Notes under the pieces: model-generated
Told to the model about the DNA's origin: nothing
Databases searched by the model: none
The model's input: the letters and a program-made list of their open reading frames with translations, nothing else
Made by a program: the position numbers and the translations under genes
Source: Microthyrium microscopicum
Lineage: Eukaryota
Length of the DNA stretch: 64,000 nucleotides
Reading direction: 5' to 3'
Assembly (NCBI GenBank): GCA_010405405.1
Contig: MU004237.1
Location: forward strand, 410,191-474,190
Part shown: positions 1-12,301 of the stretch, one piece after another
Layout: every line of letters starts with the position of its first letter
Numbering within the stretch: position 1 is the stretch's first letter

Positions 1-1513
1 AGCCTTCGCCAGCTGCGCCTGTTCCGCGGCTACCGAAGTATTCCACCGTTCCAGAAACTTGCGCAGTTCTTCCAGCGTTTCCGGTGTATCCTCAATCAAC
101 AATGCGACTGCGTCATATCCACCAGCACCAGGCACAACACCATTGACCACACCAGTCACACCGAGGCAGCCATCCAGCAGGGCCCGCTGACTCTCCGGCT
201 CAATGGGCACACCAGAGAGACGCGACATGTTGCGGACTGAAGCGCGCACATCTGCAAGCGCAGCGGAAAGTTTATCGAATCGACCCGAGAACTCAGCCTT
301 CGCATCCGCCTGGCAAAGATGCTGAAGTTCAGCCTGCACAGCTTCGTTCTGCGCATGTAATTTCGTCCAGACCATGCCAGCTTCCTCTGGCTCACGTTTT
401 CTCCAATCGAGTACACCTTTGACCATACCTGGCGTCTTGCTCCCACAGTCTACATCACACATAACTAGCCTCAAGCCCTTGGGCAGTGCGGCGCCAGCTT
501 TAGTGATTTGCGTATCCCACTTCTTGCGTTGACCTTCACCCTCTTCTTTGTCTTCAGCTATGGCCTCATCGTCGTCCACGAGAGCACGTAATCGACTCGC
601 ATAGCCAGCGGTCCCAGGGCTATCAGTCATGGCTATGACAGAGGGTGAAAAGCGACGATATATGCATGATCCATAGACAGCAGACGCAACGTCGAAACCA
701 CTTCCGACTTTTCCTTGCGCAACACAATGCGCTACCTGCGCAAGATTATGTACGCGCAGTCTGCCCTCCTCTGTGGTCAGCAGCTTCTCCTCTGGGAGGT
801 AGTGCGCGAGCAGAGCAGCAGTCAAGGCAGTGACGAGAGCAGCGGAGGAGCCAAGGCCGGTTTTGTGGGCGTCCCAGAGTGGGATGCCAAAGAACTTGAA
901 CTGCTCCCCGGTAAACTCTGTAGACTTGTTGGAGGGTGTGGTGTAGTAGGCATCGTCAGCGAGGATAGTGATGGCCGATGGATGGATGGTTGGTGATGGG
1001 TTGGTTGCTGAGGCGAGTTTGGTGGAGATGTAGGTGAGGACATGGGTCAATGTTGTCTCGACAAATGGATTTGGATGTAATGTTTGTTGGGCGGAACTAA
1101 CTCACCGTTCAGCACGATATCTAAATGGTAAAGCACGCAGGATAGATCGCGAGAAACATCATGGATGCAGGTATAGATGTTGTAAATTTCATTTTTTTGT
1201 GGGCTACTTGTTGGATTGTGATGGTGGTGACATACCTGGTTAGTGGATGGACAAGTACGCCCCCATCCTTCTCGCTACGTCGATAACCATATTCCCATAT
1301 GGCATCTTTGAATTGAGGACTTTTCACGATAATTTCTTCGAGAACTACGCCAGTACTGGTATGGAGAGGTCTGATGTGGACGTGTATACGAGCGTCTAAG
1401 CCGAACACGAGCCCAGTATAATCGCGGTCAAGTACTAGATATCCGCCGGCCAATAAAACTTTGCCTGGGGCAGAAACTGCGACTGTTTTCCTGCTTTGAT
1501 CATCTGAAGGCAT
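1..1513 (-). CDS. ERG8: Phosphomevalonate kinase (3' end runs off the window)
   Basis: ATG at 1513; VAVSAPGKVLLAGGYLVLD; intron 1097-1235; exon 2 reads NPFVETTL...KTGLGSSAALVT...AQGKVGSGFDVASAVYG...VVPGAGGYDAV (GHMP kinase motifs). Confidence 0.95.
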
Positions 1514-1938
1514 CGCAATAACGCTGTCGCTAAATTGACCAAAAGTAGAAATTTGCTTGGTTGATCTCGAATTTTGTAGGACTTGCAGTAAGCCCAATGG
1601 AAACTTGCTAGTCAGGTGTCAACTTATGCCTTGGATTATGGAGTATGAGCATAAGATGCGGAGAAAGAGTGACTAGTAGTAGTGATGAATCGTTGAATGG
1701 TTGATAGCATCATGGACCAAGCTGGTGGTTGAGGTTGAAGGGGGTTTAAACCGCTCGCGATAAAGAATCGGAGGGGGGCTGGTGAGTCAGCAAAGCAAGC
1801 TGTCAGCAGCCAAGGACCAAGCCACCATTTAAACTGTAAAGGGGTTGCAAATAGCTTTCAAGAGATGTAATTGGCCATCGGAACATCGGAAGGCTGAAAT
1901 AGTGGAAAGGAAACTCGTGGAATTGATACATCCCAGTA

Positions 1939-2103
1939 CCGTTTTCTTCCTTTCAGTTTACGCACCTTAGCGTGCCTATTTGGGTCGCGGCGCCACTAAA
2001 TTTAGCGGGCGTCCTCTGAGTTAGTGATTGGTTGTCCCTAGAAAAATCAAAATCTGACCCAAATAGGCACGCTAAGGTGCGTAAACTGAAAGGAAGAAAA
2101 CGG
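1939..2103. mobile_element. MITE, 165 bp, Tc1/mariner-pogo type (48-bp TIRs, TA target-site duplication)
   Basis: CCGTTTTCTTCC...TTTGGGTC (1939-1986) is the perfect reverse complement of 2056-2103; flanked by TA at 1937-38 and 2104-05. Confidence 0.85.
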
Positions 2104-2490
2104 TAATTCGGTCTTTGGGTCCGTCAGTGCGCTGCTGCTTAGAGAGAAGAGACTCGGCTTAATTCGAGATTTGATAGCAACTTAAGGCAGCCATTTTGGA
2201 CACCTCTCTACACATCACCACACCCCCATTTTTGCCTCCCATCTCCATCTCTCACAACTTCAATCACCAAAAATCTTTTAATTCCTTTATACAGCGCGTT
2301 CATCGTCCGATGAACCTGCAATCGCTCTATACCCATAAGTTACTAGTCAGTTCATCCCCCTATCGCATCACCGCACGCGAGGCCTTGCTACCTGCGCGCC
2401 GGAAGCTTCGGCAATGGTATACGCGACCTTCAATACTAATAAATCTAATAGTCACATCCTCTGAACCTGAAGGGGACCTCAATCCGCTAA

Positions 2491-5400
2491 ATGGTCTTTC
2501 CAAAGGCCGTATTCGCACGTCTTACGCTTGGAAAATCCATTTCCCACGGCTACGCTCAATCTGTCGTTGCTGCATCACATACCTGGAGCGCCTCGCAAAC
2601 CCTCCAAAACCGCTTTCAAAAGCCCTTCTCACACAATGCTCTCCTCGCGAATAACGTCAATTCGAGCAAGTCTCGAGATGGACACAATGACTTTGGTCTC
2701 GTCGAGTACCTGAAAGAATGGCAGAAGCATCAGAAACTGGGTGCCAATTGGGCCCAATACCAATTTGCAAAGAGAATCGAATGGTCTCCCCATACTCTCT
2801 CTGCCGAAAACAAGGATGATCTGGAACTAGAAGGAAAGAGCTCCGAGGAGCTTCAACAATCCGCTGCCCGGACTCCTGCGAGCTTCCAAGACTCGGCTGT
2901 CTCCGACTTGAGCGAAGGTGCTCGAGATGATGCTCTTGCTAAACTAGACGAAGCGCTCGCCGACGTAGCGCAAGAGCAGAAAGATGTTGATTCGGCTATC
3001 GGAGACGCTCACGAGGTAGTCTTTAATGAACATACCTCGGACATCTTTGAAGCCGTATCCCCTGAATCTCAAGCCTTTGCTGACCAACTAACCAAACTCG
3101 CATCTGAAAAACAGTATGCAGATATTCCCGCTGTCTTCGAGTCTATGCTCAACTCTGGAATCGCACCCACTGCTAAAGCTTACAATTCTTTATTGCTTGC
3201 TGCCATTCATCTTCCTCGTGGACGACATGAAGCTGTTTCAAAGACGCTCAATGTTTATGCTGATATGCTCCAACGCCAAGTTCTTCCGGATGTTACGACG
3301 TATACCATAATGATCGATTTCCTCGCTCGTAGATCTCTGTCTGTTCTATCTATGCGATCCGCTCTGGAAGATAAGCGTGCACGATACGGAAGATTTGACC
3401 AAGGTGGAAAATACCTTTTCCAATCTAGTGAGACCGAGGAACAAATCATTGCTCAGGATGACTCGCTATCTATCGCTCTCCGTTTATTTGATGCCGCATC
3501 ATCCGTTTACCCCGACGAGTTTACTGAACGAACGTTTCGCGTACTGGTCTCCGCTTGTGCTGAACAAAATCGAATTCCAGAGATGGTTAATGTCTATTCT
3601 CAGATGACCAAGCAACAATTGGTCCCTTCGGCCGAGATCTTCGTCAGCATGATGGGAGCCTTTGCACGAGCAAACGACATTACCAATGCCGTTAGCATCT
3701 ACAAGGCATACAAGGACCTGGCCATTCTGAACAATGATGGTGCATTGGAAATGATTCGAAAAGACAATGACATTTATGCTGCTCTTATCAAGGCCTACAT
3801 CACGGCCGATAAACTCGATATTGCCGATGAGATGATGGGAAAGCTTCAAGCAACTGCTCCTTCATCGGACTATTTTGTTGTTCTTCAAGACACCGTTGGA
3901 CTGAAAGGCTTCCTTGCTGAATGGCTCAAGAGCGGAAAAGTGGTTGAAGCTTTCTCTCATGTTGAAGAGAAGCTCAGTCCACTCGCAAAGGATGTCGGGT
4001 ACGCCGCTGTATGCATTCGCTCTGCGGATAGAAACATTGTTGAAACCGCGACCAAGGCATTCTCAGCAATCAGCGACAAGGCTGATATCTCAGAACCAGC
4101 ATTCGCCATGAGTGCAATGGAGATTCGAAATAGCAACCTACCACAGGCTGAAACCTACTGGTCAATCGTGGAACAAGCACCGATTAAGATGGAACTCCTG
4201 GAGATGACCACCATGTATGCTGTTGCAATGATTGGAAGTGGACATGCACATCTCGCCATCCAGCGTCTACGCTCTGCATTCGCCCGCATTCGAGCTCGAT
4301 TTGGCCAAGAGTCGGACATTCTTGGCAAGGTTGACGAATCGATCAACGTGGTTTCTCAGTACATGCAACACAACCGTATCATGCTTCCCGTCGCAACATC
4401 TATGCAGCTTGTGTCAGCAATGCTCGAGAACCATGGCGCAATCCCCTCGGTTGCTGTGCATCTTCTTGCTGGCTTCGGCTCAGCAGAAGTTAGCCAACTC
4501 AGCCTCACGGATTTGCAGACCGTAATGCAGGTCCAGGCTAGCGTGATTCTGGGTAGTGATTCCTACGACATCGCATCCGATCAACGATTTGGCCACATCC
4601 TAGAGCTTCTCACTGCTACAGGAGTTGAGCCTGCGCAACAAACGAAGGAGGCTATTGAGGCAGTACTTGTCAAATTGGATCGACCAGAACTTTTCGCCCG
4701 ATGGAACGCCCGACATGCTGTTAGAGAGCCCATGTATAGCCCAGTGGCATTCACTCCATTCCCAGGAACTCCAGTGTCAGCTCAGGCTAGCTTTGAAGAT
4801 TCTACCGATCCTTACTTTGCTACCACCGACAACAAGGGTTCAAGCCTCATCACTGATCTTCTGGAGAAGCCACACGGAAAGTACAACAGCCAGCTAAACG
4901 AGGCCATGTCTCGCTTCAAGACCATGCGCCGTAGCGGTCGTCATCCTCGTTTTTTCACTTATGCCAAGCTTATCGCTGCTGCTGCAAAAGACAACAAGCT
5001 GAATGTAGCACATGAAGTATTGGGCCTGGCTCGACAAGACGTTCCATACTTGCCTCAGTATCGTGTTGTTCGCTATGGTTGGGTTTCAATCTTGGATGCA
5101 ATGGTTGCCGCCTGCCTACAGTCTGGAAATCGTCAACAAGCTCATCAGTTCCATCAAGAACTTCTTTCAATGGGAGCTGCTCCAACATCAAACACTTTCG
5201 GCTTGTACATCACCACCCTCAAAGAGTCAACAAAGACTTTTGATGAGGCTAGCGAAGCTGTCAAGATCTTCCTCCAAGCCAAGGCAGAGGGTGTTGAACC
5301 GACCTCGTTTCTGTACAATGCTCTCATTGGCAAACTTGGCAAGGCACGACGTATCGACGACTGTCTCTTCTACTTCCAGGAGATGCGTACCCTCGGAATC

Positions 5401-6210
5401 CAGCCCACCTCTGTCACGTATGGCACCATTGTCAACGCCCTCTGCCGCGTCAGCGACGAGAAATTTGCCGAAGAACTATTCGAGGAAATGGAAAGCATGC
5501 CCAACTACAAGCCTCGACCAGCACCTTACCATTCCATGATGCAATTCTTCCTCACCACAAAACGCGACCGCGCCAAGGTTCTTGCCTATTACGAGCGTAT
5601 GCGTGCACGCGCTATTCCACCCACTGCACATACCTTCAAGCTGCTCATTGATGCTCATGCATCTCTTGACCCCGTTGATGCGGTAGCCGCCGAAGCTGTC
5701 CTCGCGCACATTGCTGCTGCAGGCATGCATGCAGACGCTGTACATTACGCCGCGCTCATCCACGCCAAAGGCTGCGTTACGCACGACCTGCCCGCCGCCC
5801 GCGCACTCTTCGACCGTGTCATTTCAGATCGTCAAGTCCGACCGCAGCCATGTCTCTACCAAGCACTCTTCGAGTCTATGGTCGCCAACCACGCCGTAGC
5901 CGACTCCGATGCTGTGCTAGCAGACATGACCAAGCGCGGAGTTGAGCTCACCCCATATATTGCCAACGCACTTATTCACGGATGGGCGCTCGAAGGCCGC
6001 GTAGACCGCGCCGAAGCCATCTTCGCCCGCGTATCTCGCGACCGTCGCGAACCAAGTACCTACGAAGCCATGACGCGCGCCTATGTCATCGCCGACATGC
6101 GCGATAAGGCCATGGGTGTTGTCAATGAAGCCTTGGCACGTGGCTATCCTGCTGCAGTGGCTGGCAAGATTGTTGACTTGGTTGGCCGGCCTGCTGAGGT
6201 TTCGGCCTAA
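2491..6210 (+). CDS. cya5: Mitochondrial pentatricopeptide-repeat translation regulator (Cya5/Pet309-like), 1239 aa, intronless
   Basis: Multiple PPR motifs (PTAKAYNSLL, PDVTTYTIMI, PTSFLYNALIGKLGKARRIDDC, PTSVTYGTIVNALCR); basic presequence-like N-terminus. Confidence 0.85.
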   Translation: MVFPKAVFARLTLGKSISHGYAQSVVAASHTWSASQTLQNRFQKPFSHNALLANNVNSSKSRDGHNDFGLVEYLKEWQKHQKLGANWAQYQFAKRIEWSPHTLSAENKDDLELEGKSSEELQQSAARTPASFQDSAVSDLSEGARDDALAKLDEALADVAQEQKDVDSAIGDAHEVVFNEHTSDIFEAVSPESQAFADQLTKLASEKQYADIPAVFESMLNSGIAPTAKAYNSLLLAAIHLPRGRHEAVSKTLNVYADMLQRQVLPDVTTYTIMIDFLARRSLSVLSMRSALEDKRARYGRFDQGGKYLFQSSETEEQIIAQDDSLSIALRLFDAASSVYPDEFTERTFRVLVSACAEQNRIPEMVNVYSQMTKQQLVPSAEIFVSMMGAFARANDITNAVSIYKAYKDLAILNNDGALEMIRKDNDIYAALIKAYITADKLDIADEMMGKLQATAPSSDYFVVLQDTVGLKGFLAEWLKSGKVVEAFSHVEEKLSPLAKDVGYAAVCIRSADRNIVETATKAFSAISDKADISEPAFAMSAMEIRNSNLPQAETYWSIVEQAPIKMELLEMTTMYAVAMIGSGHAHLAIQRLRSAFARIRARFGQESDILGKVDESINVVSQYMQHNRIMLPVATSMQLVSAMLENHGAIPSVAVHLLAGFGSAEVSQLSLTDLQTVMQVQASVILGSDSYDIASDQRFGHILELLTATGVEPAQQTKEAIEAVLVKLDRPELFARWNARHAVREPMYSPVAFTPFPGTPVSAQASFEDSTDPYFATTDNKGSSLITDLLEKPHGKYNSQLNEAMSRFKTMRRSGRHPRFFTYAKLIAAAAKDNKLNVAHEVLGLARQDVPYLPQYRVVRYGWVSILDAMVAACLQSGNRQQAHQFHQELLSMGAAPTSNTFGLYITTLKESTKTFDEASEAVKIFLQAKAEGVEPTSFLYNALIGKLGKARRIDDCLFYFQEMRTLGIQPTSVTYGTIVNALCRVSDEKFAEELFEEMESMPNYKPRPAPYHSMMQFFLTTKRDRAKVLAYYERMRARAIPPTAHTFKLLIDAHASLDPVDAVAAEAVLAHIAAAGMHADAVHYAALIHAKGCVTHDLPAARALFDRVISDRQVRPQPCLYQALFESMVANHAVADSDAVLADMTKRGVELTPYIANALIHGWALEGRVDRAEAIFARVSRDRREPSTYEAMTRAYVIADMRDKAMGVVNEALARGYPAAVAGKIVDLVGRPAEVSA

Positions 6211-6540
6211 TCTCACATTTCTTTTGTAATCATTAGCGTTTGTTTTATATACGGTTGTTGTTTTGATTGGCGGCGTATTTAGGACGGTAATAGCATGGAA
6301 ATATGGCCTGGGAATAATGGCTTTCTGCTAATCGGTTCATGGGAAAACAGGTGTTTGTTTGTATTTTAGATATCTACCGGATGGTAGGGGGACTTGTAAG
6401 ATACCCGGATAAATCTCCACTCGATCGAATTAGACTGGCTTGTAAGGCCGTAAATCGAAAATTATTTATGTTACTTCTCTTCCGAATGATGAACCAAAAT
6501 CCTCCACGTCACAGCATAATGGGTACAGGATAAATGCAGT

Positions 6541-7426
6541 CTACTTTGATATGCACCCCTGAGCACTATCCTCGATAAAGATACCGCCGTATATCAAACC
6601 TTCATTGATATTCGAAGGTTGTGTTCCCTGATTTGGTCCTCCACCACCTTTTCCCTTTTTCAGTATTCCAATCTGGAACTGTCCCGCGCCCGAATTGTCG
6701 TTTGGCAATGCACCAGTTTTGTTCACCAACGGCTCATTGCCTATTGACGAGAACACTTGAATGGTACTTTAAAAATCAGCACGAGAACAACGGCACTAAG
6801 CTTTGGACATACTTCTTCACAAAATCTGTAGTGATAGCAAAATTCTGCCACTCAGCAGACGACGCCGGAGCCGTAAAAATCCTCTCATTCCTCCGATTAA
6901 CTATCCACCAATCCTTTGACCCCGTAGCCGGTTTCCCAATCTTATCTCCAGTCTGAAAGTTCCACTGGCTCGCCGAATAGTCATCAGTCTCATGCCAAAC
7001 ATTGATATACTCATGCGAGTAATTCAGCGGCTTGGATGCGACAGTCCGAACACTCCAGTGGAATGTCTTGACTCCCGTGTTACTAGCGTCTTTGCCATCG
7101 TTGTTAGCGAGAAGAAGTCCCGCGCGTCGAAAGCCAGTCTGGGGGGTACCGCCGCCGGGCTTGAAGATTGATTTGTCGTTGATGTTGATCTGTACTGGTT
7201 TGCCGGATGGGATGTCGAAGCGCGAGGCTGGGATGTCGGGGAAGGTTAGGATTTGGGAGAATTTTAGACCGTCGCCTTTGACGTTGGAGGAGGAGAATGG
7301 TGAGGTGGTTTCGTCGAATTGGGCGGGTGTGACTTTGGGACTGATTCTTCCGTCGGAGAAGATGGGGCATGTTACGTCGATTGCTGTGGTTAATGAAACA
7401 ATGCTTAGCATTAGATAGGTAAACAT
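6541..7426 (-). CDS. Secreted glycoside hydrolase family 131 (broad-specificity beta-glucanase)
   Basis: Signal peptide MFTYLMLSIVSLTTA; CPIFSDGR, INDKSIF, QTGFRRAGL, TFHWSV, LNYSHEY, WQNFAIT; intron 6767-6812; QFQIGILKK in exon 2. Confidence 0.85.
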
Positions 7427-8108
7427 GCTGAAAGCTGCATCCGTTGTAATCATATAGGATATGAATTTTCTACTTCGACAGTGAGAGCGATAAAGTGAAG
7501 GAACTTCGCTGGCGCAAATGTGATAGTCTATTGGGGCTGTCAATTAAGATCTCTATATTAGACATATTGCTCCGTGTCCATAATTTTATTATTATACCCC
7601 TACCAAGGCCTGCATAAGATGATAACAAGTACAATAAGTTGAAACTCGGGTCATGGCTTATAATAAGCTTTTGTAACGTGCTCAGGTACAGAAGTACTAT
7701 TTCGATGGCCTGCTCAAATAAAAACTATGGACTGCATATCTGCATCATGGTTTATTTTTCATTTTGCTCTAGAGACATCACAGGTATAGACATATTGTGA
7801 GCGGGCTTTTTTTCATGTTCGGTTCTGCCAATTGGTGTAACATGTTCCAGCAAGAATGTCTCATTGATATAAAAAATTCTCGTACTTCAACACAAGTCAT
7901 TATCAACACCTTGATGCTATTCTTTCAAGATCAAATACATAGATTTCATGGTTTGTAAAAAGCTATATATACCGTCAACGTATTGGAGCAACTTTCCGAA
8001 AGTTTTGATACTAAATCGACCTTGGCAATTCATCAAACCTTCGTTGGACATAATTTTGGCTTTAGGTTTCTAATTGCAACTACCTTTCTACAGCACGAGG
8101 ATAGTGCT

Positions 8109-8591
8109 ATGAATAACCTTCTGACCACCTTGCAAGACGCCCTCAGGGACTGTCCTCTTCTTCTCTACGCTCCCATGAAGACTAATCCACATCTCTGCAG
8201 GCTCGCCAATGACTACGCTGCCCGGAATGGCATGCATTCTTTCCAATCCATATACAAGGCGCTGATGGATGCGAAAATTGCGTCCCCAATGTTCTTATCC
8301 GAGGCTCTTGCTCAGTGCGCCTCAGGAACTGTATATCTCTATCTTCCTCATTGCGGTCTTGAAAGACCAGGTATCTTCACTAAAAGCGAATGGCCAGAGC
8401 TTATGAGCAACGAGAATGTGGAGAAGATTGTATGGATTCGGACAGATGACAGTCTTTGTGCCACAGGAGGACGGCACTTGACGATCTGGATCAGAGGACA
8501 AGGGGCTACGGAGTTTCCTCTAGGAAAGTCGATGTGGCTAATACAACACGAGTTTGCATGTAAGCGTAAAGAATGTGGGATGCTGTCCTAA
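8109..8591 (+). CDS. Hypothetical protein with ADP-ribosyl cyclase/NADase-like motif pattern
   Basis: 160-aa ORF from ATG 8109 (upstream CTAAT...CAG looks like an intron end); SEALAQCASGTVYLYL...IFTKSEWPELMSNENVEKI. Confidence 0.55.
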   Translation: MNNLLTTLQDALRDCPLLLYAPMKTNPHLCRLANDYAARNGMHSFQSIYKALMDAKIASPMFLSEALAQCASGTVYLYLPHCGLERPGIFTKSEWPELMSNENVEKIVWIRTDDSLCATGGRHLTIWIRGQGATEFPLGKSMWLIQHEFACKRKECGMLS

Positions 8592-9554
8592 GAGGGATGC
8601 GGAAGGGGAGAGCATATGAGCGTCATGCTTAACAAGTTGGAGTCATTTGCGTCGAATCTCTGTTGTTCAAAATGGTGCAATTCGCGTTCCCATAGCTCGA
8701 ATCTTAGATATGTCTAACGGAAAGAACTTTGAAATTACCTCTCCGTAACCTAAAAGATTTTATACGTTGTCTTAGCATCAAACGAAGTCTTCAGCACTTA
8801 CGCTGGGGTTTGAAAGAATGCATTTGGTTTTATGCCGCTGATAATGTAGGTCTTGGTGAGTCGTGACTTTTTCGAAGGTCATCTTGGTTATACACACAGA
8901 GTAGCAAGCGATTCGACTTATAGATATCTCTCGTACCTAAGAATAAAGATTGAATCATGATTCATTGATTTATGTGGACTTTGATTAGTACTCAGTGAGA
9001 AGATGCGATTATTATTGATGTATGAAGCGATATGCTGCTAGCCGAACTCGGTCTATTTGATATTCTGAATCTTACCAACCTTTGGCCACAATGAAATATC
9101 CATCGGATGCAACCAGACAATATAATTCGTCCTACTAAGCGTGGCATCACTAGATGAACAAGGATTTGAAGGCATGTTATTCTTATCTTGCATATCGCGT
9201 GGCGTCAGTGAACCAATGATGCCTTTCAATCTCCAAGCTTCACCCCACTCCTACCACTTCTATCGACCCTTCAACCCAGATCGTTGACAGTGATTAGCGA
9301 ATATGATTCGCATCTGGAGCATTTAGACGACTCTTGTGAGCTGTGAGCCATGCACGAAACAGTTATCTTGGCCTTTGCCAAGTCCGATGCGGCGATTGAG
9401 CATGGTAGATGTGCATGTCATGGCCTAGAACTTCCCCAGACTGCTATGCTTCAAAGTCTGAAAACTCAAATCTTGGCTAACTTCAAGCTTCATCTTTTGC
9501 TCGACTCTTTGATCACCTCAATGCCGCTCTCGACCAGTTGACAACCTATATACC

Positions 9555-12301
9555 ATGGAGACTGACGCCTCGCCAAAGTCACTGATTAATGAGTTCATCC
9601 ACAGGCGGAAATCTGGGGACACATGGGGCTTATCGTTGAAGCATTCCATCTTTCAAGCTCGAAGTGGGGCTCTTGATGATGATGTTGAAGATGAGGCGGC
9701 CAAGTTTGAACTCTGGAAGGTTAACATGAGAGGTTTACATGACGATGATCCAGTGTAAGTCTATCCAATATCGTTCCCTGGTGCGGTATTTCAGCCTTAT
9801 CACAAGTGGCAGCCGAGATAACTTCTCCGCCTTTCTTGGCTTGAACGCCGATCTTCTCTCTTTTCTAAGATTTATACTGATATCCTGCTTTAGAGATTGG
9901 TGGTTTGCATCAACAGGTATTCCTTTACTTGCTGCTACTTTTGGCCCGCTGGCAAACGTTGCCTCCATCGCAGCGCTTGTCACATCATGGAGACAATTGG
10001 TTGGTGAGGATGGTGCTCAGATAGGTGGTCAACATGTTGACGACCCAAGATGGTAAGATCCTAGGATATACTCTTGTCCCCTTGACTGTGCTGACACCAT
10101 TCAAGGTGCTACGCTGTCAATCTGGTTTCTTTGGTCCTAGGTTTCGTGGGCAATCTATTTCTGCTTCTCAACTTTACTCATAGAGTAAGATACATCATAT
10201 CTCTACCAATAAGTATCATACTATGGTTTACTGCCACTGGCCTAGTAAGTATCGACCCGAAACATGTTACGTATTCATGCTGATCCTAACAGCTTATCGG
10301 AGATCTTGCCGCAATGCATATCTACTATCGTCCGAACTTTCCTACAGAAATATTCAGCGGTGGCTACTGGTATGGCGTAGCAGCCGCTGCTTTGTATTTG
10401 GTACTCTGTGCTGGCCTTCTGGGAAACTTCGTAGGCTATATCAGAGGTCATTACCCGCAACATTTTGAACTTACTGAGAGTCAAGAAACGCTCATTGTGC
10501 AAACTATGTTGTATTTCATATGGCTTGCTGGTGGCGCTGGAGTATATTCTAAACTAGAAGGCTGGGCATATACTGATGCTGTATGCAACACCAATGCTCT
10601 GCTTTATTCACAAAGACTGACTTTTCTTAGCTGTACTGGACCGCCGTCACTGTTCTTACCGTCGGCTATGGTGACCTGTTCCCAACTTCGACTACCGGTC
10701 GGGTACTGATGGTTCCCTTTTCGTTTATTGGCATCCTCATCCTAGGTTTGGTCATTTCCAGTATCTTCAAGAACGTTCGCGAGATGGGCGAAAAGAACGT
10801 CATCCGACAACATTATGAGCGTGTACGCCAGAAGACCGTCGGGCGCACTGTTACATCTAGTTTCGAACTCGAACGCCGTCAAATTGAGGACGAGCTTGCC
10901 CACAGTCGAGCTCAAGCCAAGGCAGCATCTCGGTCAAGCGGTCGATCTCCTGCTACTCTTGCACACAGTCGTCAAAGTCAAGACTTTTTACTACACAGAA
11001 AGAATACGTTGGAAAATCTTTCAAGGACAAATAGTGGTGCTCCTAGTGTTGCGGGAAGCTTGAATAGTCAAAGTCGTCCCGCAAGTTTGAAGAGCAGATC
11101 AGACTCCTTCAGTCGCCAGGTCACTCGAAATACTACTCGAAAGCAACGGATTGTTCTTCTCCGAGAAGAAAAGGAGCGATTTGAAGCTATGCGAAGGATT
11201 CAAAGTCAATCTGAAAAATGGAAGAAATGGTGGCGTCTTGCCATAACCTTTACCGTCTTTGGGACATTCTGGTGTGTTGGAGCTGTTGTTTTCTGGTGCG
11301 TGGAGGCCAATACGGCTGGTGCAATGACATACGGAGAGAGCGTGTACTTCTCATGGGTAACTTTGATTACCATCGGATACGGTGACTTTTCTCCCAAGAG
11401 CGTGGCTGGAAGATGCTTCTTCTTTATCTGGGTGCAATTCGCCGTACCAGCCATTTCCATATTGGCGCAGAGCATGTCTTCCACAGTCGTCGATACGTTC
11501 AGTCAGATATCGACAACATTTACCTTTGCACTCGTAGCTCACAACAACACTTGGCGAAACCTCATTGACAACAATCAATGGCTTTTCCATCACTTCCCTC
11601 GTTGGCTGAGCAGCAAATTATCTGACCTCGCTGCGCGAAATGAGGACGATGAAACCCCATCATCCGAAAAGTCTAAAGAAGCAAACAGCTCCACCGATGC
11701 CGAAACCCCACAAGATAGACTTGCCTCCGGCGACAGCGTAGTCGACTTTGCCAAACTCGCCGAGCAGCACGACGATGACATTCAAGGCAAAGTCCCCGAT
11801 GCCTCCACCCTAGCACGCCAACTCGCCCTCGCCATTCGCCGCGCCGCACGCGATATGGCCATGGAGACACCCCGCGAATACGAGTATGAAGAATGGGTCG
11901 AGTTCACACGTCTCATCCGCTTCAGCGCAATCGGTGGACCAGCCGAAGCCTTACGTGAAGAAGAAGGTGAAGGTCTCGTCGAATGGGACTGGCTGGCAGA
12001 AAACTCGCCGATGATGGCAGAAGGAAGCGAGGCAGAGTTTGTGTTGGAGCGACTTTGTGAGAGTCTCGTGCGGTATTTGAGACGGAATCCGCCCAAGACA
12101 GAGTTTGTCGAACGCGTGAAAGAGCAGGGTGAGCAGGCGCTACGGTTGGCGACGAGTACATGGCGAGAGGATGAGGATGGGAATCAGGATGATATTGCTG
12201 TGCCTGCTAGTCCAAGGTCAAGAAGAGGCTCGTTTGTGGCGAAGATTTTGGACCGGTCGGGGACTGGAGATTTACATCCTGTTGAGGAGGAAGAGCACTG
12301 A
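9555..12301 (+). CDS. TOK1: Outward-rectifier two-pore potassium channel (TOK family)
   Basis: Multi-exon (e.g. introns 9755-9893, 10053-10105); WWFASTGIPLLAATFGPLANV, GYIRGHYPQHFELT, two pore loops TVGYGD and TIGYGD. Confidence 0.93.

Noticed and set aside
1105..1165. ATGATG...CTGA in the ERG8 intron resembling a C/D snoRNA
   Set aside because: The CTGA lies at the expected branch-point position, the C box is imperfect and no rRNA guide could be recognised.
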